A stretch of DNA of 64,000 bases from Candidatus Bathyarchaeota archaeon (GCA_937873375.1 CALMWK010000125.1:24870-88869); one strand, 5' to 3'; shown: positions 1-9,092, counted from the stretch's first letter. Translations and numbers: made by a program. The notes: a model not told the origin generated them from the sequence alone.

Positions 1-1572
1 TGTGTAGAACATGGGGATTATAACGTATTCCAGCTTGTTGTACAGGTCTTCAACTTCTTTCTGGTAGCCTTCTTGGATGTCTAAGCCTTCGTCGGGGTGG
101 GGACCTATAGACCAGCCAGTGACGCCTTCTATCCAGCCTTCAACCCACCAACCGTCCAACACACTAAAGTTTAGTACGCCATTGTGCGCTGCTTTCATTC
201 CGCTGGTGCCTGAAGCTTCCAAGGGTTTAAGCGGCGTGTTAAGCCACACATCCACGCCAGTGACGAGTTTAGTTGCCATGTTTATGTCGTAGTTCTCTAA
301 GTAGACCATTTTTATGTCAGGCAGGAGTTTTTTTGCATAGCCAAACAGGTCTTCAATGAGTTTTTTGCCCTGTGTGTCTCTGGGGTGGGCTTTTCCTGCG
401 AATATCATTTGGAATTTGCCTTTTTTGTTTATTTTCTTTAGCCGTTCAAGGTCTGAAAATAGCAATCGGGCTCTTTTGTACTCGGTTGCTCGTCGGGCAA
501 ACCCCAAAGTGAACGTGTCATAGGTCATGCCGACGTGGGTTAATTCGTTGACGTAATCTATCAGGGCTTTCTTTTGTTCTTTATGTGCTTGCCAGATTTC
601 TTCATGAGGAATTCCGTCGGCGACTCTCGCAAGTAATTCAGGTTCGTTTGCCCAGCCGGGCAGGTACTTGTCGTAGAGTTTTCGGTAGCTTTCGCCTGTC
701 CACATGTAGGAGTGTATACCATTTGTTACGGCGTGGATTTCGTATCCTGCAAACATGCGCTGAGATACTGCGCGGTGCTGTTTGGCTACACCGTTAACGT
801 AGTTGCTCAGGTTCAGAGCAAGCAGAGTCATGTTCAGGTTGTCGTTGCCCCCGAACTTTTTCAGCTCGTTTATGTCGGCGGTGCCGTCGAGGATCTCCTT
901 AACTAGGTCATAGTTGAACTTGTCATGTCCTGCCTCTACGGGTGTGTGGGTGGTGAAGACGCATAGTTCATGAACTTTATCGGTGTCCATTGCGTGTTTG
1001 TGTAGGAGTTCCAAGGCAAGGAAGCTGCCGTGCCCCTCGTTTATGTGGTATTTTCTGATTTTGAATCCCAAGGCGTCAAGCATTCTCACTCCGCCGATGC
1101 CTAAAACAACTTCTTGCTTTACGCGGTATCTTTGGTCTCCGCCGTAGAGGAAAAAGGTGATTTCTCGGTCTTCGGGCGTGTTTCCTTCCACATCAGTGTC
1201 AAGAAAAAGCACAGGAACAACCCCGCCAGTTACGCTTTGCAACCTGTAAAGCCACGCTTTGACCTTTACGGCTCTACCTTGAATATGTACTGAAACTTCG
1301 GCGGATAACAGTTTCATGTATTTTGATGGATCCCACTCTTGCGGGTGTTCTATTTGTTTTCCGTCAGGAGTCAGTTCCTGTCTGAAGAAGCCCTTTTTGC
1401 TGATTAAGGTGACCGCGACCAGAGGGAGCCTCAAATCGGCGCTGGAGCGTATGGTGTCGCCTGCAAGAATGCCCAGACCACCTGCGTATGTTGGTATATC
1501 GTTTGTTAAGCCAACTTCCATGGAAAAGAACGCTATTTTGTGCCCCTTTAAGAGACCCTCTAAATCATCCAT
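1..1572 (-). CDS. glgP: alpha-glucan (glycogen/maltodextrin) phosphorylase, runs off window start
   Basis: Not in ORF track. Manual translation from ATG at 1572: MDDLEGLLKGHKIAFFSMEVGLTNDIPTYAGGLGILAGDT; later FARRATEYKR and EASGTSGMKAAHNG phosphorylase motifs. Confidence 0.95.
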   Translation of the reverse strand, partial: MDDLEGLLKGHKIAFFSMEVGLTNDIPTYAGGLGILAGDTIRSSADLRLPLVAVTLISKKGFFRQELTPDGKQIEHPQEWDPSKYMKLLSAEVSVHIQGRAVKVKAWLYRLQSVTGGVVPVLFLDTDVEGNTPEDREITFFLYGGDQRYRVKQEVVLGIGGVRMLDALGFKIRKYHINEGHGSFLALELLHKHAMDTDKVHELCVFTTHTPVEAGHDKFNYDLVKEILDGTADINELKKFGGNDNLNMTLLALNLSNYVNGVAKQHRAVSQRMFAGYEIHAVTNGIHSYMWTGESYRKLYDKYLPGWANEPELLARVADGIPHEEIWQAHKEQKKALIDYVNELTHVGMTYDTFTLGFARRATEYKRARLLFSDLERLKKINKKGKFQMIFAGKAHPRDTQGKKLIEDLFGYAKKLLPDIKMVYLENYDINMATKLVTGVDVWLNTPLKPLEASGTSGMKAAHNGVLNFSVLDGWWVEGWIEGVTGWSIGPHPDEGLDIQEGYQKEVEDLYNKLEYVIIPMFYT

Positions 1573-1719
1573 TTTATCAGTGTCCTTAAGTCCGCGGTTA
1601 AAGTGTTGACGGAGTTATGCCTTACGCAGTTGTTTTGTCGCGCTTTAATCTGTTTTGATTGGTCCCTTAGAATTCAGATGTTTCTTGGTTTTCACAAAGC
1701 CAAAAAGCTAAAAGAGTTT

Positions 1720-1971
1720 TTAGGTGGTTACCTGCTCCTCAGTTAGTTGTTCCATCAAACCCATTTCAACTGGATCTTCTTCAGCCACATCGTTGTGCTT
1801 TTTGGGAACAACCGTTTTTCTTTGGGGCGTTCTCTTGGTGTTTGCGTGCGACTCTCCAACTATGGACAGAAGCCAACCAACCATGAAAACAAGGGCTAAA
1901 ACTGGAAACAATAAAACTGCTACTATCCGCCGTCGCTTCCGCAAAGATTCTCGCCTTAGAAAACACTTCAC
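1720..1971 (-). CDS. small single-pass membrane protein, hypothetical
   Basis: Basic N-terminus, one hydrophobic helix (IVAVLLFPVLALVFMVGWLLSIV), acidic tail. Confidence 0.55.
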   Translation of the reverse strand: MKCFLRRESLRKRRRIVAVLLFPVLALVFMVGWLLSIVGESHANTKRTPQRKTVVPKKHNDVAEEDPVEMGLMEQLTEEQVTT

Positions 1972-2047
1972 ACGAATCTATTTAAGGAATATGGATTATC
2001 AATACATCATAATGATTTTGTTCGGATACAGCAACGCCATCAGAATA

Positions 2048-2803
2048 TTAACTGGTTGTAATTCTGGCGAGGTTTCTGCAGATTTCTTCCAAATCTTCTG
2101 CAATGATGTCTGGTTTTTGTCCGCTTGCATGCAAGTCCTTTAGAGAATTAAACTGTGAGAGAACAAACACGGTTTTGAATCCTGCGTCTGCTGCACCTTT
2201 GATGTCTTCTATGGGGCTGTCGCCGATGTAAACTGCTTCGTCAGGTTTCACTTGCAGCCGTTCCAAAGTGTCTGTGAAGATTTTTTTGTGTGGTTTTCGC
2301 CAGCCGTTTTCCTCCGAAACTACAACGGTGTTGAAGAAGTGGTTGATGCCTAACTGCCGCAAACTCGCGTGAACCACAGGTGCGTAGGTGAAGTTTGAGA
2401 TTAAGCCCAGTTTGAATTTGTCAGAAGCTTTCTTTAGCAGTTTTTCCGCGCAAGGTCTTAGCACAAGGGAATCAATGAAGTCTTGGAAGAACACGTTCAA
2501 CGCTGCCTTCATGCCCAAATCATCCACGTTGACCTCGTAGCCTAAGCTGCAGAGCGTTTCCGAAACCCACACTGCGTTCGTTATCTCTTTAAACTCTCCA
2601 TAGCGAACCAAACGGTACTTCTCGTGCGCTTTGGTGTACGCATCAAAAAACTTTTGCCGCTCAGTTTCAAAACCCACATCTGCCAGCGCACTGTGAAGTT
2701 TCGCTATAGAAGCCTCTAGCGTGTACCTGCGTGGACTCGCAAGGGTGCCAATGTAATCTGTGATTACAGCTTTAACCTGAGGCATCGTGCTCGCTTGTAA
2801 CAT
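2048..2803 (-). CDS. HAD-superfamily hydrolase
   Basis: DYIGTL motif I, ISN motif II, KP motif III, IGDSPIEDIKGA motif IV. Confidence 0.9.
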   Translation of the reverse strand: MLQASTMPQVKAVITDYIGTLASPRRYTLEASIAKLHSALADVGFETERQKFFDAYTKAHEKYRLVRYGEFKEITNAVWVSETLCSLGYEVNVDDLGMKAALNVFFQDFIDSLVLRPCAEKLLKKASDKFKLGLISNFTYAPVVHASLRQLGINHFFNTVVVSEENGWRKPHKKIFTDTLERLQVKPDEAVYIGDSPIEDIKGAADAGFKTVFVLSQFNSLKDLHASGQKPDIIAEDLEEICRNLARITTS

Positions 2804-2815
2804 GGAAAATGTCGG

Positions 2816-3538
2816 TTATACTGTTTGCGCTATCGCCTTGACTTTACGAGCTACCTCAGTTTTGAGAAGATTTTCTGCGTCGCCTATCGCGGCTTCAACT
2901 TTCGGGTCATAGGGAATTCCAGCAAGAAACTTCAAACCCAACGCTTCAGTTTGCTGTTGAAGATTTGTCGATTCTGTCATCTTCATGTTCTCCACCACGC
3001 CCAAAACAGGCACTCCCAATTCTTGCAGCAGACCGCCAAGTTTCTTGACGGTTTCAAACGCCAACTGAGAAGAAGTTGTCACAACCAAAAACTCAATGCG
3101 TTTCACAAACCGAATCAGGTCAAGCACTGCGTCGCCGATTCCAGGCGGCATGTCAATCACCAGATAATCCAAGTCGCTCCACAACGTAACCGCGAGCAAC
3201 TCGATTAGGGCGTTTGAGGTGTCTGCTCCGCGTAGTGGTGCTGCGTGGTTCCCTGAATAGTATACAAGGGACATGTATTCTAAGCCGTGGACAACTGGTG
3301 GAATCAACCCCTTCTCCTCACATGGCTGCACGCCTTCGGCGCCTAGGATAATGTGTGTTGATGGGCTGGTGAAGTCCAAGTCGAAAAGTCCAACTTTGCA
3401 ACCCCGCTTTACCAGCGACAGCGCCAGTGTGGTTGCCACCATGCTTTTGCCGACCCCGCCCTTCCCGCTGGAAACCGCAATGATTCTTCTGATGTTTTTT
3501 AGTCGTTTGTCTATGATGTTTACTCGGGGGTCAGCCAC
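2816..3538 (-). CDS. hypB: Mrp/MinD-family ATPase, likely ATPase-type HypB (nickel insertion)
   Basis: SGKGGVGKS deviant Walker A, DMPPG; no CxxC of Nbp35/ApbC; directly downstream of hypA as in Thermococcus. Confidence 0.8.
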   Translation of the reverse strand: MADPRVNIIDKRLKNIRRIIAVSSGKGGVGKSMVATTLALSLVKRGCKVGLFDLDFTSPSTHIILGAEGVQPCEEKGLIPPVVHGLEYMSLVYYSGNHAAPLRGADTSNALIELLAVTLWSDLDYLVIDMPPGIGDAVLDLIRFVKRIEFLVVTTSSQLAFETVKKLGGLLQELGVPVLGVVENMKMTESTNLQQQTEALGLKFLAGIPYDPKVEAAIGDAENLLKTEVARKVKAIAQTV

Positions 3539-3540
3539 GG

Positions 3541-3939
3541 TTACTTTGCTCCTTTGATGCTTTCAAGCCAAACTCCGCGGCCTTCTAAAATTTCAAAATC
3601 TGGGCTGCCACATTTTGGGCATTTGATGTATGTGTGTGCCACTTCTGGAACGAAGTGTATGGCTTCCGCTGTTTCCTTGTCCAGTTTGGTTTTCTTGAAA
3701 AGCCACGTGTTCCCGCAGATTCTGCACTTAAAAGAGGCTTTAGATTTGGTTAAAAGGAATTTGGTGTTCCTAAAGTTCTCTGGTTTAAGCTGTGTCAATG
3801 CAAAACGGAAAATGCCGCGTTCCACATCCTGCATCTCCCCAATTTTCACAGTCACTTCCGTAACCTGTTTCAGCCCTTCTTGCTCAGCAATTTTGGTGGC
3901 TGTGGCGATTACGGCTTCAGCTAATGCCCACTCATGCAT
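3541..3939 (-). CDS. hypA: hydrogenase nickel incorporation protein HypA
   Basis: MHEWALA N-terminus (start moved to ATG 3939), CxxC...CPKCGS, GRGVWLESI. Confidence 0.95.
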   Translation of the reverse strand: MHEWALAEAVIATATKIAEQEGLKQVTEVTVKIGEMQDVERGIFRFALTQLKPENFRNTKFLLTKSKASFKCRICGNTWLFKKTKLDKETAEAIHFVPEVAHTYIKCPKCGSPDFEILEGRGVWLESIKGAK

Positions 3940-4035
3940 GAAAAAGCAGAAGCACGCTGCGTCAATTAAACATATTGCAGGCAACTGGATTTAGCTTTGA
4001 AACTTGCGCTGAACGGTGCAGTTTCTGGAAGGCGG

Positions 4036-4377
4036 TTATTTTTTTCCGAACGTTGCAGGGTCGATTTGCCTGCGTTTTCCATCTTTGTCAACAACGTAAA
4101 AGTGGAAGTCGTATTCGTCGCAGTAGTTCTTTACTTCTATGTAACCCTCTTTGTCGCCTGCAAACATTTCCTCGGTGGCAACTTCACAGATGCGGCGCAA
4201 ACAACCTTTCTTTTTTGCTTCGACGTCGGGAAGATATGTTCCTATTTTTGCAGGTTTTGCCCAGCCTTCCAAATTTGCTTTAACTTCCCATTTATCCTTC
4301 TTCAACTCGTCAGCAATTGACCTGACGCATTCATCGTGGCTGTTTTGTTCTGATGCCTTTTTCTTATTCGTTTTCAC
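4036..4377 (-). CDS. small hypothetical protein, PD-(D/E)xK-like
   Basis: GTG at 4377 behind GGAGGT; PDVEAKK...ICEVAT pattern. Confidence 0.6.
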   Translation of the reverse strand: MKTNKKKASEQNSHDECVRSIADELKKDKWEVKANLEGWAKPAKIGTYLPDVEAKKKGCLRRICEVATEEMFAGDKEGYIEVKNYCDEYDFHFYVVDKDGKRRQIDPATFGKK

Positions 4378-4442
4378 ACCTCCAAAAAAGTAGTGCTTGA
4401 CGTGTTTATTTAGGGATTTGAAGAAGAAATAACTGCTGGTTT

Positions 4443-4563
4443 TTGACACTTAGTAGGCACCCTACGTTTTGGTCTACCCCTTCCCCTCTACCCTTTTTTG
4501 CGGTTCTGACTTACCCCCTATAGGTAACGGTAACTGCATAGAATCTCTAATAGGCACCAAATA
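4443..4563 (+). repeat. dispersed intergenic repeat, copy A
   Basis: Colinear with reverse complement of 62947-63061 and with 52071-52151. Confidence 0.85.
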
Positions 4564-4703
4564 GGAACAGCCAAACGCAGCTGCTCAACAAATCAAAAGG
4601 CAGAACCATTTTGAAGTGAACTGGTTATTCACTGGAGGAGGGTTTGCTGGAGCTCTGGCGGAGGAGAGATTTTAGGAGAGAGAAAATGAAAACCCTTTGC
4701 TGC

Positions 4704-5054
4704 CTACCGCTTTAGTAGTGGAACCGCCAGAGCCCTCTCAGCCCATTTTTGCCTCTGCAGCTTTGGTTTGCTTGCGTTTGCGAACTTTTGGTGCTGCATC
4801 TGTGGCTTGTACTTCAGGATGGAAACGTCGTAGTCGTCAGCGTTGGATTTGCCGTTGGAGAGCCAAACTTCAAGGGTGTTCTTTTGGAATAGCTCGTGGA
4901 GGGTTTGAGTTTCCTGTTCTGTTGCCAGTGGTTGAAGGACGGTCTTTCCTTTTTCTTCGTAGACGAGTACAGTAATGCATTTGGTTTTAAGATCGGGTGT
5001 TGCAGCGGGTACACTTGTGAGTCTGCATTTTTGCCGTCTCGCAGAGCCTTTCAT
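4704..5054 (-). CDS. hypothetical protein (uncertain, possibly degenerate)
   Basis: 116 aa ATG ORF filling an intergenic gap; no recognisable motif. Confidence 0.35.
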   Translation of the reverse strand: MKGSARRQKCRLTSVPAATPDLKTKCITVLVYEEKGKTVLQPLATEQETQTLHELFQKNTLEVWLSNGKSNADDYDVSILKYKPQMQHQKFANASKPKLQRQKWAERALAVPLLKR

Positions 5055-5219
5055 TTTTAAGCCTCAGACATACCGTTGTGTGTCAATTTTTGGATAAAAC
5101 AGTTTTTGTAAAGATTTCTTGTCACAAGAAAAATATACCATATACGCATGGTACAGATTTCTTATCTTGAAGGGTGATTCTTCACAGATAAATTCTAATG
5201 CACCAAGTTACAATGTTGG

Positions 5220-6554
5220 ATGGTGGCTTGGATGTCTGGTTCAGAAGAAGAAACATACTCGCTCATGTTTAGTTCCCTGAGACATCCGGCACGCCGCAAA
5301 ATCCTCCGAATGCTGTCAGAAAAAGCAATGACGTTCTCGCAGATGCTGGAGGAACTTGCAATTCCCAGCTCCCACCTAACATATCACCTTGAAAACCTCG
5401 GAGACTTGTTGGTTAAGGAGAAGGATGGAAAATACAAGTTATCTAGTTTTGGCAGGGCGTCGGTGTCTATGATGAAGGGCGCTGAAGAAGTGCCGAATAT
5501 CCACACGAAGCGTTTCTCGGAGTTGCCCCTGAGGTGGAAGTCACTTTACGCTGTTTTCATCATAGGTATACTGCTGTTGTCGACCTTTGCCTTTGTTCAG
5601 CAGACATCCATCAACCAATTGTCCAGTAACTATGACCTACTGAAAGCGGATTTTGACAAAATACAAACGCAAAACCAGCAACTGCTCTCATGGAGCACTT
5701 CGGCGAGCAAAGCAATGTCCATCATTAGAGACGTCGTCCAAATCGATGTTGAGAAGTATCAAGCAACCCTCCTCAGCAACACAGTGGAAGACCGCGCAGA
5801 CCTAGGCGGTGTCATCGAGGAGGTAATCAGGTATTCGTTCGTTAATTCCGCGAGCAGAATAGAGTTGACTTTGAGGTTTAGAAACAACCACTTATCGCTC
5901 TTTCAACTGAACCAGCTGGAAGGATTCCCAAACTATCCGCCACTCTACACGAAAGCACAGCCAAGAGACGCACTTCAGGCGGGGACAGAGCTTCTTGGGA
6001 GATACCAGTCCATAATGGGTGAACCTTACCTTCAAGAAATGAACCAACTTTTGACGTTGGTCAATCAAACAACCGAAGACCAGACGTTGGGAAATACTAG
6101 ATTGAGAATGGCAGCTTTTGGGGGAAACGCAGAAATCTGGCTGTTTTACACCGAGAACGGAACTGACTTCGCGGCTAAACGTGTGCATATAGTCTCTCAG
6201 AACCACGTAATAACAGAGCTGAGTGACGATTGGAATCTCTACAAAATTGGAACCGCAGAAGTTAACGTCTCCGGCGAGCAAGCGATTCAGATTGCGAAAA
6301 ACGCTGCCAGAAGCTACAGTTGGAATTCAGGCGGAGTGCAAGTGTCTGATTTTGAGATTCTGGATTCGCCCATTTCAGCGGAATTTTATCCTCATACTAG
6401 GACTTCATACTTGACGTTGGTGCCTTACTGGTATGTGACCTTGCATCTGGACAAGACGTATCCTGGAGGAGTCAACGTCCTAGCCGTCGGAGTTTGGGCG
6501 GACACTGGAGAAGTAGCAAACATCCAAGCTCTTGGGGACCAAACAGCGCCATAG
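5220..6554 (+). CDS. membrane-anchored ArsR-type winged-helix regulator with large extracytoplasmic domain
   Basis: N-terminal FSSLRHPARRKIL...HLTYHLENL wHTH, one TM helix, coiled coil, about 290 aa C-terminal domain. Confidence 0.85.
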   Translation: MVAWMSGSEEETYSLMFSSLRHPARRKILRMLSEKAMTFSQMLEELAIPSSHLTYHLENLGDLLVKEKDGKYKLSSFGRASVSMMKGAEEVPNIHTKRFSELPLRWKSLYAVFIIGILLLSTFAFVQQTSINQLSSNYDLLKADFDKIQTQNQQLLSWSTSASKAMSIIRDVVQIDVEKYQATLLSNTVEDRADLGGVIEEVIRYSFVNSASRIELTLRFRNNHLSLFQLNQLEGFPNYPPLYTKAQPRDALQAGTELLGRYQSIMGEPYLQEMNQLLTLVNQTTEDQTLGNTRLRMAAFGGNAEIWLFYTENGTDFAAKRVHIVSQNHVITELSDDWNLYKIGTAEVNVSGEQAIQIAKNAARSYSWNSGGVQVSDFEILDSPISAEFYPHTRTSYLTLVPYWYVTLHLDKTYPGGVNVLAVGVWADTGEVANIQALGDQTAP

Positions 6555-6806
6555 CGTACCCCCAAACCAAGCGGCATCGTATCTGAGACTTATTTTGCAG
6601 TTTTGTTTTGTAAAAAATCTTTACAAACACCCGCATCGCCAGCTCAACTCAGGGTTGACATAATTACTAAAGCGGAAGATATTACATAATCACGAACAAA
6701 AAACGGGCAGTGTAAAAAGTGTTTGCGCGAAAGACAATGGAGTATTAATATCAAAAAATGGAAGAAAATTTGAAGATGGTTTTGGTTTCTGTTTGCTCTG
6801 TTTGGC

Positions 6807-7091
6807 TTACTTTTTCATTGTTATTTCCATCGTAGAAACCATTCTGGACTTTGTCTCGCCCTCTCGTGGTGGCATCTCAACTGTTCCTATGGCTATCTTG
6901 GTGACTTTGAGGTCTTTTACGAATCGGTTTCGGGCTATTTCAGCCACGTCGACTGCGGTGGTTATCGCTTGACCTCGGGCTTTCAGTGTTATTTCTTTTG
7001 GAGTGCCTGAAGAGAGAGCCGTGATTATGGCCAGAACATAACTCATTGGTGGTTTGTTTCCGATGAAGATAACGTCTGCATTTTCTGTCAT
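6807..7091 (-). CDS. alba: DNA/RNA-binding protein Alba (paralog 1)
   Basis: IGNKPPMSYV, LKARGQAITTAVDVAE, VSTMEI. Confidence 0.95.
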   Translation of the reverse strand: MTENADVIFIGNKPPMSYVLAIITALSSGTPKEITLKARGQAITTAVDVAEIARNRFVKDLKVTKIAIGTVEMPPREGETKSRMVSTMEITMKK

Positions 7092-7116
7092 TTTCTTTTA
7101 CTCCTTTGTTTTTTGT

Positions 7117-7194
7117 GTAACGTTGCCGCTTATGCGCGTATCTGTCCGCGACGGAACATTACTAGTTCATAGTAGTCGATAATCTTCCTTATAA
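7117..7194 (-). promoter_or_regulatory. TATA box (7189-7194) and structured 5' leader of alba
   Basis: TTATAA about 25 nt upstream of a three-segment stem-loop at 7117-7162. Confidence 0.5.
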
Positions 7195-7393
7195 GTTATA
7201 TGTGCAAAATACCGACCACTCAAATTAATAATTAAATTTTAGGTTAATTATGTTCCTTTTGAACCAAACATCACTTAAAAACAATCACGCCACCAATAAC
7301 TCGCGCAGCAAAAAATTACGCGCATAGCACACAACCTGAGCAACAGCCCAACTTTAATAACAAGCATCAACATACAAAACTAAGAATTCGCCT

Positions 7394-8005
7394 ATGCTAA
7401 CCAAACTGAAAAAGAAAGTCCAAGAAATGCTGTCTGCAGAAGCCAAAGCAGCACACAAGATAGGCTTAACACCTAACATCGTATCCGCCATAGGCTTTAT
7501 TTTGGCGTTTCTTTCAGCCACAGCCTATGCCCTATCACAGGAACACCCGCTTATGCTTATCTTAGGTTTGGTTTTACTTATGTCCTCAGGTTTCTGCGAC
7601 ACATTAGATGGCGTATTAGCTCGGACTTTCCAGCAAGCAAGCGTGTTCGGCGGCTTCCTCGATTCGCTACTGGACAGATACGCAGACGCAGCAGTGTATG
7701 CGGGCATAATAATTGGTGGGCTCTGCAACCCAATCATAGGGTTAATTGCTTTAGCAGGTTCCTTCATGGTGAGCTACAGCCGCGCAAGAGCTGAAGCGGC
7801 AGGCATAAAAATGGAGTCCATAGGCATAGCTGAGAGACCTGAGCGCATCATAATTTTGGCTGCTGCAACAATAGCCGAGGTTTTCTTGCCGACCGCTTTA
7901 AACATAGGAATAATAGTGTTAGCGGTTCTCTCGAACTTTACAGTGTTACAAAGAGGACTACATGTTTATAAAACGCTGAAAAAGGGAAATAGACCTGAAA
8001 ATTAG
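7394..8005 (+). CDS. CDP-alcohol phosphatidyltransferase (archaetidylinositol phosphate synthase-like)
   Basis: DTLDGVLAR...GGFLDSLLDRYAD signature; SYSRARAE; ERPER. Confidence 0.92.
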   Translation: MLTKLKKKVQEMLSAEAKAAHKIGLTPNIVSAIGFILAFLSATAYALSQEHPLMLILGLVLLMSSGFCDTLDGVLARTFQQASVFGGFLDSLLDRYADAAVYAGIIIGGLCNPIIGLIALAGSFMVSYSRARAEAAGIKMESIGIAERPERIIILAAATIAEVFLPTALNIGIIVLAVLSNFTVLQRGLHVYKTLKKGNRPEN

Positions 8006-8292
8006 TATCTGCGTTTTGCACGTGAGTGGCGTTCGTTTTCGGCTCGGACCTTCACGATACCTCGGTGAACCGCGCAGGATATGCAGTACCACTTTGTGTC
8101 AACCCACGAAGCTATGTATGTTCCCTTTTGCCGCAGCTCTTTGGCTAGTTGTGGTTCTACAAAGGATACTCGGCGTGTTGATCTCTTAGCTTTGTCTCTT
8201 GGTACCTGTTGTCCGCAGTTGGCGCATTGTACTAGGGTACTGCTTCCTTTGCTTCCTTTTGATCTTCCTCGGCTTTTTCGTTTAGATGGCAA
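8002..8292 (-). CDS. rps26e: 30S ribosomal protein S26e
   Basis: KRKSRGRSKG, CANC, VPRDKA, YCISCAVH; TTG start. Confidence 0.97.
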   Translation of the reverse strand: MPSKRKSRGRSKGSKGSSTLVQCANCGQQVPRDKAKRSTRRVSFVEPQLAKELRQKGTYIASWVDTKWYCISCAVHRGIVKVRAENERHSRAKRRY

Positions 8293-8507
8293 TTTTTGGG
8301 AACCCCTTTTGGTTCATCATCAAATAGTCAATCTACTGCCTTATATATCTGCTCTTGGGTTAAAAAGAAAAGCAAAGGTTTACTTCTAAACAAAAAAACC
8401 AGCAAAGCAGGATGTCTCAAGTGGTGTGGCAAACTCTTAAATTGCGCGTTCTTATTTGTTGACTGTGGACGCCAAAGTTCAGCTAAAGTGTTGAGCGTGT
8501 TGTAAGC

Positions 8508-9092
8508 ATGTCAGAAATCGGTTTAAGAACAAGAATGCTCGTCAAAGACGCCATGAGTAGCCCCGTTGTAACCACAGATGAACAGGTGCCCACGGACAAA
8601 ATCGCCAAACTAATGGACAAAAACAGCTTGGGATGCGTCATAGTTACCAACAAAGAAGGGAAGGCGCTTGGCATAATAACCGAACGCGACCTAGTGATGC
8701 GTGTTCTGGCTAAGAACCTTCAACCTGCCGCTGTAAAAGCCAAAGAGGCTATGACCGCGCCGTTAGCCACCATAGAGCCTGAAGCAACCATAAGTGATGC
8801 TGCGAGACGCATGAGCAGGTTAGACATCAGAAGACTGGGCGTAATCTACAAAGGTGACTTGGTGGGGCTAATTTCAAGCAAAGACATACTTGGCGTAATG
8901 CCTGAACTCATCGAAATAATACAAGAGAAGTCCCGAATCGAAGGTGCAAACGCATCCGAAGAAACCACAGAAGAAGAAACCCCTCTTTCTGGTTACTGCG
9001 ACCGCTGCGGAATCTACTCAGAGGACCTAAAAGACGAAAACGGACAGTTCCTGTGCGAGGACTGCCGCATCGAAGTAGAAGGCGAAAAATAA
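8508..9092 (+). CDS. CBS-pair protein with C-terminal Zn ribbon
   Basis: Two CBS repeats (GIITERD, GLISSKD); CDRC...CEDC. Confidence 0.9.
   Translation: MSEIGLRTRMLVKDAMSSPVVTTDEQVPTDKIAKLMDKNSLGCVIVTNKEGKALGIITERDLVMRVLAKNLQPAAVKAKEAMTAPLATIEPEATISDAARRMSRLDIRRLGVIYKGDLVGLISSKDILGVMPELIEIIQEKSRIEGANASEETTEEETPLSGYCDRCGIYSEDLKDENGQFLCEDCRIEVEGEK

Noticed and set aside
77..1609. Several short plus-strand ORFs
   Set aside because: Antisense shadows of the glucan phosphorylase gene
4378..4449. N-terminal extension of the 4036 ORF
   Set aside because: Better GTG start with GGAGGT at 4377; the extension runs into the repeat
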